64,000 nt of DNA from Candidatus Poribacteria bacterium (lineage in GTDB: Bacteria > Poribacteria > WGA-4E > WGA-3G): assembly GCA_965205025.1 (NCBI GenBank), contig CBDBFU010000013.1, forward strand, positions 192,001 through 256,000. Reading direction: 5' to 3'. A program made the position numbers and the translations under genes. The notes beneath the pieces are model-generated. The model saw only the letters and a program-made list of their open reading frames with translations. It was not told the DNA's origin and did not search any database. Positions 39,150-49,738 of the stretch are shown in pieces. Each line of letters opens with the position of its first letter. Within the stretch, counting starts at the first letter, position 1.

Positions 39150-39404
39150 ATGAACAACCATGTCATAAACGACGATTTCTGGGCTGCGTACAACAACCTA
39201 CCACAAAACGTTCAAAGAAGCACACTCCGGAAAATTGAATTGTTACTTGAAAATCCTATGCACCCTTCTCTCTACTTTAAAAAGGTTGGTAGGCTTTGGT
39301 CAGCACGAATCAATAAGCAATATCGTATTCTGGCGCGCGAAGAAGAAGGCACTTTAGTCTGGTATTGGGTCGGAAAACACGACGAGTATATGAGACAGAT
39401 ATGA
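39150..39404 (+). CDS. RelE/ParE-like toxin (copy 3)
   Basis: HPSLYFKKVGRLWSARI..QYRIL......WYWVGKHDEY. Confidence 0.78.
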   Translation: MNNHVINDDFWAAYNNLPQNVQRSTLRKIELLLENPMHPSLYFKKVGRLWSARINKQYRILAREEEGTLVWYWVGKHDEYMRQI

Positions 39405-40139
39405 TGCATTAGCGTAGATTCACCCATTTCCATCCCACCTCAAAATATCCCTTCCTGATTTACCCAAAGTATATTTATTAAAAAAAATAAAATAAATTGA
39501 AGAAAATATAAATATCTAACATCTAACATACATATTTCACAATAATATAAAAATAAAGCATATATATTTGTCAAAATAAAAATAAAATTGTATAATACTA
39601 TATCGTTCAATAATTGTAAACTAACGCATTTTGGAGTTGATACCCAAATCATGATTTTCCGTAGTCTAAAAAATCAGATAAATAGGATTATCAAATTGAA
39701 TTACACGGCAAATTTTTTTAGTTTTTCAAATTTTAAAATTTTACACCGATTCATCAAATCCTCTGTTATCCCAACCCCCAACAGGGTTTACAGCCTATTA
39801 AAAAGTCATTTCCTAAAAACCGACTCAAAAAACTTGAAAAACTTGAAAATGGATGGTTAAGTTATTTCATATAAAAACGACTCCCAAACAATGGATAAAA
39901 GGAAAAGTAAAAGACACAAAATCCATCAATTGTGCAAATTCTTGTAACCTTAAAACAGTGGCTGTAAGCCCAGTGTAGTACTGACGGGATAAGGGTTTTC
40001 CCAATGTTACACGATGTAACGAAAAGTGCAACTTTTGAAAACAATATGAAATATTAAATATTACAACTGTGAAAGCGAAAGAGAGTAAATTTACAGAATA
40101 ATTACCCTTGGATTAATATAAGTTTGTACAATTTTAAGC

Positions 40140-40765
40140 GATACACATTTCGCCCCTCTGGGGCTTTGGGTTAGTAGTTTAGCACATTTTCTACAAACAT
40201 TTCGCCCCTCTGGGGCTTTCTGAATCACGGATTACACGGATTACGCGGATTTCACGGATGGGTTTTTTGGTTGTTTAGTGGTTCTTGACTTGTGATTGGG
40301 TTTATCTGGGACGACGGGTTATAAGTGTATGTATCAAAATAGTGTTATCTTTTCGAAATTGGCAGCCCCAGAGGGGGAAAGTGTGTAGAAAACGGAATAG
40401 TCCAAAACAATAAGCCCTGGAGGGGCGAAAGGTGTGTAAAAACATAATCAAGAATACCTATAATGAGTTGTACTAAATAACTTTTAGTATTAGTAACCAA
40501 TAGTTTCACATAAATAATGGCTGGTATGAATACCCTTCATTAGTTGGCATTATCTTTAGTCCCGTAGGGACGGAATGTCTATAGAAAACGTGTTTAGCCA
40601 CTATCTTGAGTCCCGTAGGGACGGAATGTTTATATATTGAAACGTAATACCACTTCTAAAATGTTGCTTACTCATTATACATTGAAGAAACACCCTAATT
40701 TCACTTTATCAGGGGATTACTAAGAATACCCGTAATGTAAACTATTTAAATAGAAATGGTATAAT
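40140..40765. repeat. REP cluster with inverted gcccc REP pairs, 9-mer tandem and gtcccgtagggacgg doublet
   Basis: ttcgcccctctggggc x2 facing gccccagagggg/gccctggaggggcg; tcacggattacacggattacgcggatttcacgg. Confidence 0.75.
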
Positions 40766-40908
40766 AATGCAAGCTCGATGTAGGGTCCACTCGGATTTGA
40801 GAGAAAATATCTAAATCGGTAATATGAAGTGCGGAGTGTAGGTTATAGACAAAGTAGAACAAAATTAAAATACATGAATTCTATTTCTCAAAATGGAGAT
40901 ACTAAATT

Positions 40909-41832
40909 ATGCAAGAATTTGGCACATTAAAAACGACAGACCTGCGGAAATCTTGGAAACGCGAGGATAAAGACTTTACACCATGGTTATCAAAAAACTT
41001 GAAATTGTTAAGCAAAGCGTTGGATATGGATCTTGAGTTTGTTGATGAACACATCAATGTCGGACGGTATGAATGTGATTTACTCTGTAGGAACAAGCGT
41101 GATAACTCATTTGTAGTCATTGAAAATCAGTTAGAAGAAATGGATCATGATCATCTTGGTAAAGCATTGGTTTATACGACTGGATTACATGCCGAAACAG
41201 TCATCTGGATAGCAGAAGACTTTACGAATGAACATCGAAAAACAATTGATAGGTTGAATGAAATTACCCATGATTATATCCAGTTTTTTGGTGTACAGCT
41301 TGAAGTAATTCAGATTGATGATTCCCGCATTGCCCCAAAGTTTAATGTTATCGTGAAACCGGATAACTGGATACCTCATATAATACTAAGTGATGACTAC
41401 TGGGAGAGATTTAAACACTACTTGGAACAACACAAGAGTAACCTTGAAGTACTGAAATGGACAGCAGGAAAAAATTATCTCGGTTTCTACTTGGGATATG
41501 ATGTGAATGATGGTCAGAGACCTAAATACTGGATTGCAGCAGGTAAGAGCGGTGGATTTCTCGCTGCAACTTTCTGCATTGATAAACAAAAACTTCCGGA
41601 TATCATGCAATGGTTTAAGAATAATCGTCAGGTTGTGGACCAAATATTCACTGAGAATTTTCCTGAGAAACCTAAGAGACCCAATATTCCCTTTAATGTG
41701 GTTGGAGTTACACGGAAGTTAAATAATCAGATAAAAGAGGAGCAAGAGTTTGAATGGTTTCGTGAAAAACTTGAGAACTTAGAGAAGTTATTTAAGCATG
41801 GCGGGGAGATTGATTTTTTATCAGATGAGTAA
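40909..41832 (+). CDS. PD-(D/E)xK/NucS-like nuclease-fold protein (DUF4268-associated type)
   Basis: E.KDFTPWL..NL, VGRYECDLL, VIENQLEEMDHDHLGK.L.Y. Confidence 0.7.
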   Translation: MQEFGTLKTTDLRKSWKREDKDFTPWLSKNLKLLSKALDMDLEFVDEHINVGRYECDLLCRNKRDNSFVVIENQLEEMDHDHLGKALVYTTGLHAETVIWIAEDFTNEHRKTIDRLNEITHDYIQFFGVQLEVIQIDDSRIAPKFNVIVKPDNWIPHIILSDDYWERFKHYLEQHKSNLEVLKWTAGKNYLGFYLGYDVNDGQRPKYWIAAGKSGGFLAATFCIDKQKLPDIMQWFKNNRQVVDQIFTENFPEKPKRPNIPFNVVGVTRKLNNQIKEEQEFEWFREKLENLEKLFKHGGEIDFLSDE

Positions 41833-42150
41833 TCACAGAAATGGGTATGTGTACATTAATATAAAGAAATCAATTGTGTCAGACTTTGTCCTGTGATACT
41901 ACACTATATACATCTTTTGTTTAGAGGTATTTAGTTTTCGACTTTTCAGGCGAATTTCGTCACAAATGTAAATGCAATAGAATTGTATCGTAGGTTTGGA
42001 TGAGAAATGAAACACAACCTAAAAGATAAACTGGAAATACGGTTCGGTTAGAAACCGAACCTACCGAGGGGTGGGAAAGATCTGGGATCGGAATCCCTAC
42101 AGAATGTTGGTACTATGTATTAGAAGTGTCAATTTAGGAGTCTGTGGAGA

Positions 42151-43311
42151 ATGAAGTTAAATATCGTCTTTTTCATTTTGATAGTATTATTAGGAATCAC
42201 GGTTTCAGTTGCAATTGCCCAGCAAAATGGTGATGTTCCAAAAACGGACAAGGAAGTTGAGAAACTCAAAATCCAACTTCAGACTGTGGAAAATGAGAAG
42301 ATGGAGGCAGAAACGAAACTTGCTGAGGCAAATACAAAACTCATAAATGCTGAGTTTGGCAAGTTTGAGAGGGAATTGCGAGATTCTAATAATAAATGGT
42401 TATGGGGATGGACAGGATTCTTTGTTGGGATTGTAGCGATTATTGGAATAGCTTTATGGTTTTCAGTAAAATCATTGATTGTAGATAGAGTTGAAAAGAG
42501 CCTAAACGGATTTAAGGATGCCGTTAAAAAAGTGGAAGAATTACGAGATCAATTGAGATATTTACTAAGAGAAAACGCTGTAGCTGTATTAGGAGACTTT
42601 TCTGCGGGTATTCTTGTGGAATTAGACAAGCACACTAAAGAAGTCAAAGCACTATCAAAAGAAGTACTTATGGATGTATTCAACGATAAAACACGTGATT
42701 TAAGTTACAGATGGCTTGCTGCAGAGATATTTGTTGCAAGGGAATACACTGATCTTGTTGCACCAGTACTAAACTTCCTAAAGGATATTATAAAATCAAA
42801 TGATTTTGATAGAATTTATATCTTTCCTTATGATCCCCAGTATCACATACGTAGTTTGGTATACCCAATTGGAAAAATACATACACAGGACACTTACAAA
42901 AACTTAAGAAATTTCATAATTTTTCTTCAAAATGAGAATCCAAAAAATAAAGATTCATGGATTGCATGGACTGCACATTCATTCGCTTCGGTTAGTGTGG
43001 CATTGAATAAAACAGATTCAACGGTTATCCTTATAGAGTCTATACCAGATTGGGATTTTTCTACACAAGTTCCTATACAAGAAAAGGAAGCCTTAACAGA
43101 TCTGATCTATAACTTCAATTCATTGCATGTTCCTAATGGAATAAAAGCAATATTAACAAATAGTTTAACAGATAACATGCCCGATGTAGAAGAAAAATGT
43201 TTAGAGTTATTGCAAGAACACGACCCAAAATTTGTAAGAGAATGGAAAGAGGAGAAAAAAGAAACTAACGAGGAAAATGAGGAGAATAATGAATCAGAAC
43301 CAACAACTTGA
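42151..43311 (+). CDS. hypothetical membrane protein (signal peptide, coiled coil, TM, helical domain)
   Basis: Hydrophobic N-terminus, coiled coil, WLWGWTGFFVGIVAIIGIALW TM; 3' end overlaps the res start. Confidence 0.7.
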   Translation: MKLNIVFFILIVLLGITVSVAIAQQNGDVPKTDKEVEKLKIQLQTVENEKMEAETKLAEANTKLINAEFGKFERELRDSNNKWLWGWTGFFVGIVAIIGIALWFSVKSLIVDRVEKSLNGFKDAVKKVEELRDQLRYLLRENAVAVLGDFSAGILVELDKHTKEVKALSKEVLMDVFNDKTRDLSYRWLAAEIFVAREYTDLVAPVLNFLKDIIKSNDFDRIYIFPYDPQYHIRSLVYPIGKIHTQDTYKNLRNFIIFLQNENPKNKDSWIAWTAHSFASVSVALNKTDSTVILIESIPDWDFSTQVPIQEKEALTDLIYNFNSLHVPNGIKAILTNSLTDNMPDVEEKCLELLQEHDPKFVREWKEEKKETNEENEENNESEPTT

Positions 43312-46264
43312 TATCCCAATTCAACCAGTAGAACAACCTATCTTATGCAGTCCGTATGAAGAACCAGTAGAACACTGGAGATATGACACTGAAAATGGGG
43401 AAGCCGTTAAACACCCCGGAAGACGTGAAGCGGGGTATTGGTATAAAACAGAACGTACCGGTAGTGCTCAACTCGGTCTTTTTCAGGAAGAGGAACGTGA
43501 CGATCTACCGATTGTAAACGAACTACGTGCAGATGTAAAACGATGGCGCGAGACGAATTATCGTAACGCCACAAATGTCACCCGTGAATTACTTAGACAT
43601 TGGTCACGCGATGATCTTTTACGCCGTCTCTTTTTCTGTCAACGCGAAGCAGTTGAAACTATCATATACCTCGTTGAGATACGTCAAGGTGGGAAACGCC
43701 TCGGTTTTAATCCGACTTTTACCGATGAGAAATTGGCGAAGTTAGTGGATACACCGAATGATCCCGGTCTTTCGGAGCTGATACGTTACGGGTGTAAAAT
43801 GGCAACCGGTAGTGGTAAGACTGTTGTTATGGCAATGTTAATCGCTTGGGCATTTTGCAACCGTGGTAGATTTCCTTCTGATGACAGATTTCCACACGCA
43901 GCACTTATCGTTTGTCCGAACTTGACAATCAAAAAACGGTTACAGGTATTACGTCCAGATGAAACTGATAATTACTACGACGAATTTGAACTTATCCCAA
44001 CGAAACTACGTCCCTTGCTAAACAGTGGTAAGGTGTTGATAAACAATTGGCATCAATTTTCACTTGAGTCTGAACATAGTGAAGGCGGACAATCTTATAC
44101 GGTTGTGAACAAAGGCGAGGAAACGCCGGATGCTTTTGCAAAACGTGTCTTGGGTGAACTGTACGACCGTGCACCAATTATGGTGTTGAATGACGAGGGA
44201 CATCACGCCTATCGTCCTGCACCGACGGATGAAAAACTTTCCGCTGAGGAGAAGAAGGAACGTCAAGAAGCCACGGTGTGGGTAAGTGGATTGGATAGGT
44301 TCAATCAGTCGTGTGGTGTTAAGTTCTGTGTGGATCTCTCTGCCACACCGTTTTACATTCAAGGGAGTGGATATGCAGAAGGTACACCGTTCCCTTGGCT
44401 TGTGAGTGATTTCGGTTTAGTAGATGCAATTGAAAGTGGTATCACAAAAATTCCGCGTTTACCTACGAGTGATACGACGGGTAGACCGGAACCGAAGTAT
44501 TTTCGGTTGTGGAAAGCGATTAACGATGAAATTCTACCTGCGGAACGATTACGAAATAAGAAACCTAAACCGGAAGCAGTATACCGAGTAGCTGAGGACG
44601 CACTTAACACGATTGCGAGTCAATGGAAAGAACGGTTTGATTATATTCAGGAGGCATCGGACGAACAGGATAAAACGCCGCCAGTACTTATCATCGTTTG
44701 TGATAACACGGATATTGCAGAGCATTTCTACCGTATGATTTCAGGTGAACGAGAGGTAGAAGTGCTTGATGAAAAACGCAAGGTCAAGACACAGATAGAA
44801 TTTGAACAGGGGAAGGTCTTTCCCAATTTGCTTGGGAATACACACAGTGTTACGCATACAATACGAATTGATAGTAAAGTATTGGATGAGGTGGATAGTG
44901 ATGATCCAACCAAGAGTCGTAGTCAAGCAGAAGAGGATCTCCGTGAAGTCGTTGCCACAATAGGGAAAAAAGGAAAACCGGGAGCGAATATACGATGTGT
45001 GGTATCTGTGGCAATGCTTAACGAGGGATGGGATGCTAATAACGTCACACATATTCTGGGTATACGTGCTTTTACCAGTCAATTGCTTTGTGAACAGGTC
45101 GTCGGAAGGGCATTACGTCGAATGAATTACACACCAGATCCTGAAACGCAAAAACTCACAGAGGAATACGCTGATGTGTATGGTATTCCGTTTTCTGTAA
45201 TTCCTTTCAAGGGTAGGGCAACTAAGAAACCTGAAGAGGGTGACAGACCTGTTAACCACGTGCGTGCATTACCCGCACGGTCAGTTTATGAGATACGGTT
45301 TCCAATTGTAGAGGGATATGCTTTTGCTTTACGGAAGTACGAGATAAAGGCTGATATTGAATCTATGGATGTGTTGCGTCTTGAACCTGAATACACCCCA
45401 ACCGCTGTTTTTCTTGAAGCGACTACGGGATATCAGATTGGAGAAATTTCGGGGGCACGTCCAGGTGGGTTTGTTAGACAGGATCGAGAACAATTCTATC
45501 GGCAAACACACTTACAAACGATTAAGTTTGAAATTGCACAACGGATTGTCTATAGATTGGTTGGTGATAAGAATAGTGCGCCAGATCCAAATAGCAACCC
45601 GGAACTCCGTCTGATCTCTCGGCACAGGTTATTTCCACAGGTATTCAGGTATGTTGATGCCTATATTGAGAATAAGGTTGATTTTCGCGGTTGTAATCCG
45701 TGTGAACTCGGACTTGAGAAGTATGTTATGTGGATCGTTGATCGTCTGATGACAGCAATTCTGCCCGATAATTCAGAAGGTGAAGTGCCGTTGCTTCCGA
45801 TTTTAGATCGGTATAAACCTGTCGGTACATCGGCAGATGTTGATTTCTTTACAACACGTCCATGTCATGGGGCATACCGTAGTCATGTAAATCAAGTTGT
45901 GTTGGATACAGCAACATGGGAACAATCTGCATGTTTCTACTTGGAAGCATCGGAGGTCGTGAAATACTATGTACGGAATGATCATCTCGGTTTGAGTATA
46001 CCGTATGAAAACCTTGGAATTACCCATAATTATGAACCTGATTTTATTGTTAGACTTATAGATAATACCAACGTACTTTTGGAAACGAAAGGGTTTAAAA
46101 GACAATTAGAATCATTGAAAAGTGAGGCTGCGAGGAGATGGGTTGCTGCAGTGAATAATTGGAATCGTGAACGGCTTGGAGAACTGGAGCAACAGGGGAA
46201 GTGGGTGTTTCATGTATGTGATGATCCACAATTGTTAGAAGAGGAATTGGAAGGGTTGGTGTAG
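43277..46264 (+). CDS. res: type III restriction enzyme Res subunit (SF2 helicase + PD-(D/E)xK nuclease)
   Basis: MATGSGKT, NDEGHH, LSATP, MLNEGWD, QVVGRALRR, YEPDF...LETKG. Confidence 0.9.
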   Translation: MRRIMNQNQQLDIPIQPVEQPILCSPYEEPVEHWRYDTENGEAVKHPGRREAGYWYKTERTGSAQLGLFQEEERDDLPIVNELRADVKRWRETNYRNATNVTRELLRHWSRDDLLRRLFFCQREAVETIIYLVEIRQGGKRLGFNPTFTDEKLAKLVDTPNDPGLSELIRYGCKMATGSGKTVVMAMLIAWAFCNRGRFPSDDRFPHAALIVCPNLTIKKRLQVLRPDETDNYYDEFELIPTKLRPLLNSGKVLINNWHQFSLESEHSEGGQSYTVVNKGEETPDAFAKRVLGELYDRAPIMVLNDEGHHAYRPAPTDEKLSAEEKKERQEATVWVSGLDRFNQSCGVKFCVDLSATPFYIQGSGYAEGTPFPWLVSDFGLVDAIESGITKIPRLPTSDTTGRPEPKYFRLWKAINDEILPAERLRNKKPKPEAVYRVAEDALNTIASQWKERFDYIQEASDEQDKTPPVLIIVCDNTDIAEHFYRMISGEREVEVLDEKRKVKTQIEFEQGKVFPNLLGNTHSVTHTIRIDSKVLDEVDSDDPTKSRSQAEEDLREVVATIGKKGKPGANIRCVVSVAMLNEGWDANNVTHILGIRAFTSQLLCEQVVGRALRRMNYTPDPETQKLTEEYADVYGIPFSVIPFKGRATKKPEEGDRPVNHVRALPARSVYEIRFPIVEGYAFALRKYEIKADIESMDVLRLEPEYTPTAVFLEATTGYQIGEISGARPGGFVRQDREQFYRQTHLQTIKFEIAQRIVYRLVGDKNSAPDPNSNPELRLISRHRLFPQVFRYVDAYIENKVDFRGCNPCELGLEKYVMWIVDRLMTAILPDNSEGEVPLLPILDRYKPVGTSADVDFFTTRPCHGAYRSHVNQVVLDTATWEQSACFYLEASEVVKYYVRNDHLGLSIPYENLGITHNYEPDFIVRLIDNTNVLLETKGFKRQLESLKSEAARRWVAAVNNWNRERLGELEQQGKWVFHVCDDPQLLEEELEGLV

Positions 46265-46359
46265 TGTGGGATCAATGCCGAATAGGTGTATGGGTAGGAT
46301 TCTGTGATGTAGACAAGAAAGAACACAGCACACAAGAAACGATCATTCAGCGAAAAACT

Positions 46360-46515
46360 CTTATCCGCGTAATCCGTGATTCTGACAATATAACGTGAGT
46401 TTGATAATAGATAAATAATCTTCATTTTTCCAAAATATCACTCCTATAGACCCGGTAGGTGCGGTTTCCTAACCGCACTGAACATAAATATTTGAATAAT
46501 CAAACTCACGTTATG
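46360..46515. repeat. MITE-like element around a gtaggtgcggtttcctaaccgcac REP
   Basis: taacgtgagtttgat ... atcaaactcacgtta terminal inverted repeats. Confidence 0.7.
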
Positions 46516-47219
46516 ATACCTTTCATATAAAATAATCATAAATATTGAGTTTAGTTAATACAACATTCACAATAGTTAATTTCACGGAGAATTGACTACC
46601 TAAAATCTGTGAACCCTTACCACCACTACATTCTTAAAAAACCTTCGTGAAGGTTTCCGTGAAACGTACTATCAAAATTTCACCCAAATTCAGGGATTTT
46701 TTAACAGGATTATACCTCTTTACTATATATCATATTACACCAATTCTAATATATAATATGTCATTACATAAATATTATGGAATTGAATATTATTGGAAAC
46801 TATCTTCTGTAGGAGCGACCTCCCGGTCGCGACATGGAGATTGACCCTGCAGAATCTCCACCATCAATGCGACAGTATATTTTAGAAATGGTATAAGGAC
46901 TATGATCTGGTAATGTCAACATACTAAGTAAAATGGTATTATAATGACCATTTGACATCAAAGTTAGATCGGAATCCCCTCCTACAAAGAGCATACGGAA
47001 GATTCAGTGTGTTCGCGTGTAGAATTTGGTTACTAAAAATTATTTAGCACAACTCGTTATCATAATATAAAGAAAAGCCTGGGAGGGGAATAGTTTGCCA
47101 ATCGGATGTTGTGTTTCATTGATGTAGTCTTGCCATGACTGTTAAGCCCAGAGTCGGAAAATATAGAAAATAAAGGCAGATACCACAAGGATACCTGCCT
47201 ATAAGTTCTGTAGAATCAT

Positions 47220-48248
47220 TTACTTACTGTATTGTTGTTTTAGCGTACTCCACGTTACTGTTTTTTTGCCGACCGGTGAAACCGACAACACATCGTCACT
47301 TATCCAATCCAGCGAATCATCTCTTCCCGGATGGTCTGTTAGGCGTGTAATCTCTCCCGTTCGTATGCCATACTTATAGATATTGCTGGGTGGGTACTGA
47401 TCGCGAAATGGTGGTGGTTCGTTCAGAGGTATCCCAACATACGCACTAAAAACAACCGATTTTCCATCATCCATCCAGTCAATTGTTAATGAGAACCAAT
47501 CTTTGGGTATCCGTAGTTGTTTGATGTTTTCTCCGTTCCGGTCACAAATCAGATACCGATGTGCCTTGTAGATAATTGCTACACCTAATCCGGGGATCCG
47601 CTCCCAGACATATTGGCTATGGAGATAGACGATCTGTTTTCCATCAGGTGACCAGCGTGGGGCTCGGATACTTCCCAGGATCGGAGGAGGCAGGAGTTTT
47701 CGTGGATTATGTCCATCTGCGTCCATTATCCAAAGCGTTCCACCCACTCCATTAATAACCCCAGGTTCTGTGTACACAATCTGTTTTCCATCTGGGGACC
47801 AATCACAATATGTTGCCTGGACATCCGCAATCTTTTTTAGCACTCCGGTTTCAATATCCAGCACGTTGACTGTCTTTATCTCTTTGTCGTTTTTTTCCAC
47901 TCTCATGTTAAAAACGAGAGATTTGCTATCCGGGGCAAATGACATCCTACCGATAGGGATTCTCGGGGTGTTAAGTTTCCGGATGTTTGTGCCATCTGGA
48001 TGCATCAAGTATTCACCCCACTTACCCTCAAATGCAATCTGTTTTCCATCTGGGGACCAGGAAGAGGGGTGTGGGAACGTCCGGTCCCCCTCTTCTATAA
48101 GAAGCGTCTGATTGCTGCCGTCATCATCCATCACGTAAACACCTTTCACACCGTCGCGTCTGGAACTAAAAACTATTTTAGCATCTGCCACTACTCCGAA
48201 AAGTAGAAGCATTAGCAGACAAAGCAAACTGACTTTTTGCCCATTCAT
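47220..48248 (-). CDS. secreted TolB-like (PD40) beta-propeller protein with conserved C-terminal tail
   Basis: Repeated WSPDGKQI; ends LSVSPVGKKTVTWSTLKQ. Confidence 0.85.
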   Translation of the reverse strand: MNGQKVSLLCLLMLLLFGVVADAKIVFSSRRDGVKGVYVMDDDGSNQTLLIEEGDRTFPHPSSWSPDGKQIAFEGKWGEYLMHPDGTNIRKLNTPRIPIGRMSFAPDSKSLVFNMRVEKNDKEIKTVNVLDIETGVLKKIADVQATYCDWSPDGKQIVYTEPGVINGVGGTLWIMDADGHNPRKLLPPPILGSIRAPRWSPDGKQIVYLHSQYVWERIPGLGVAIIYKAHRYLICDRNGENIKQLRIPKDWFSLTIDWMDDGKSVVFSAYVGIPLNEPPPFRDQYPPSNIYKYGIRTGEITRLTDHPGRDDSLDWISDDVLSVSPVGKKTVTWSTLKQQYSK

Positions 48249-48298
48249 GACTACTCTCCTTAAGGTACGGCAGGGGAGGTTCCCCCGCCGTCTATGGA

Positions 48299-49105
48299 TT
48301 ATCGAACATCGTCTTCACCAAAAGTATTTGTAGATGTCGCTAACCAATCGTCTTTCTTTCCACCATAATAGACTTCGATCCGAATATATGCTTCACAAGT
48401 CCACGCGTTATTATCTCCGAGTTCCCCAGGGAAGAATCTTAACTCCACATCACTATCACTGGTACCATAGCCGTAACTCTCACCCAGTGAAAAGAATCCG
48501 ACCGGGAATATATATTCTAAGTCATCTCCTCTCTCTTTGGCGTCATGTCTGCACTTGCCTTCCCCACGCGCATCACCACCGATACCGTTATAAGCGTTGG
48601 TATACCCGTCCATGATAATAGCCGTTCCGTCATAATAGTGAGCGGTCAGTTGTGAGTAGCCATAAATACCTGTCTTTTTGTATGGGATAGAATCATACTC
48701 AGGTTTATAGACGTTGAGCGTGCTGGTAGCATCGTCATCAGAGGAGTCCACAAATGACACAACTGCCCTTACTTCGTATTCTGCAATTTTTATGTGACCA
48801 TCGAAAGAACTTAGGCCTACATACACAGAAGAACTATTGCCGTGCATACTGGTAAATAAATATTCATGGTCATTATCTTCTTTATCTTCTTCATCTATTG
48901 GATAAGTCTGTTTAGCATACCAGTCAATAAAGAGTATATCTTCATCCGCTGACACATACGCTGAGGTGGTCGCACCATCACCCCAATCATGATTTGCATA
49001 GACAGAAAACGACGTGACAGAAGCCGCATTACTATGATTAACAAAACTGAGTAAAACAAATACAGTGAGTATTGCTGTGATTGAAAGGGCCTTATATCTA
49101 AACAT
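48299..49105 (-). CDS. secreted hypothetical protein
   Basis: AAGGAG RBS, signal peptide, acidic beta-rich mature part. Confidence 0.7.
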   Translation of the reverse strand: MFRYKALSITAILTVFVLLSFVNHSNAASVTSFSVYANHDWGDGATTSAYVSADEDILFIDWYAKQTYPIDEEDKEDNDHEYLFTSMHGNSSSVYVGLSSFDGHIKIAEYEVRAVVSFVDSSDDDATSTLNVYKPEYDSIPYKKTGIYGYSQLTAHYYDGTAIIMDGYTNAYNGIGGDARGEGKCRHDAKERGDDLEYIFPVGFFSLGESYGYGTSDSDVELRFFPGELGDNNAWTCEAYIRIEVYYGGKKDDWLATSTNTFGEDDVR

Positions 49106-49359
49106 TTATTTTCTCCTTCTTATTTTGATCGTATATGATTAATCATTGTTTCCGTAAATTCGGTTTAGCAGTGCCGATAAATTTCCTATCGTTTCTAAAA
49201 TCGCGACACCTTGTTTGTAGTGAGTTGTCATAGTCATGATTTTCCCTTTGTTAATATATATATACATTTCATCTGAAATTGTTTAGTTTTTTTTAATGCA
49301 GCGAGTAATATCTAAAAATCGTTGAAAGTTACACGAAAGTCAATCATAGAATATGCTAA

Positions 49360-49655
49360 ATAAACGTGAGTTTGATAACTCAGGTTTTTATATTCGTCGA
49401 ATCAACGGTATGAATGGGCGTATGACATTCCCCGTGGTACAAACCGCGGAATCAACGGTATGAATGCCATATGAAGATTAATTTTTAAATTCGGTAATTT
49501 TGGAGAAATATGCAGTGCGGTTGGGAAACCGCACCTACCAGGTTTGGGGAAATTAGAATTACCGAAATATTTTCTTAATCTTCATTAGGCATTCACCGCC
49601 TACCGAGGGGTGGAACAGGATTTTGAAGGATCGGGAATCGGAGTTCCCTCCTAAA
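49360..49655. repeat. nested repeat block with a MITE inserted into the loop of the ~34-nt element
   Basis: aatcaacggtatgaatgccat [atgaagattaa...ttaatcttcat] taggcattcaccg. Confidence 0.8.
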
Positions 49656-49669
49656 ACTATTAAATTATC

Positions 49670-49698
49670 TTGACAAACAGGGATGTTTGTATTATACT
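49670..49698 (+). promoter_or_regulatory. sigma70 promoter of the tRNA operon
   Basis: TTGACA-17 nt-TATACT. Confidence 0.8.
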
Positions 49699-49738
49699 TA
49701 ATACTGTCCTTGAGATGAGACAATCAAAATCTCATTTT

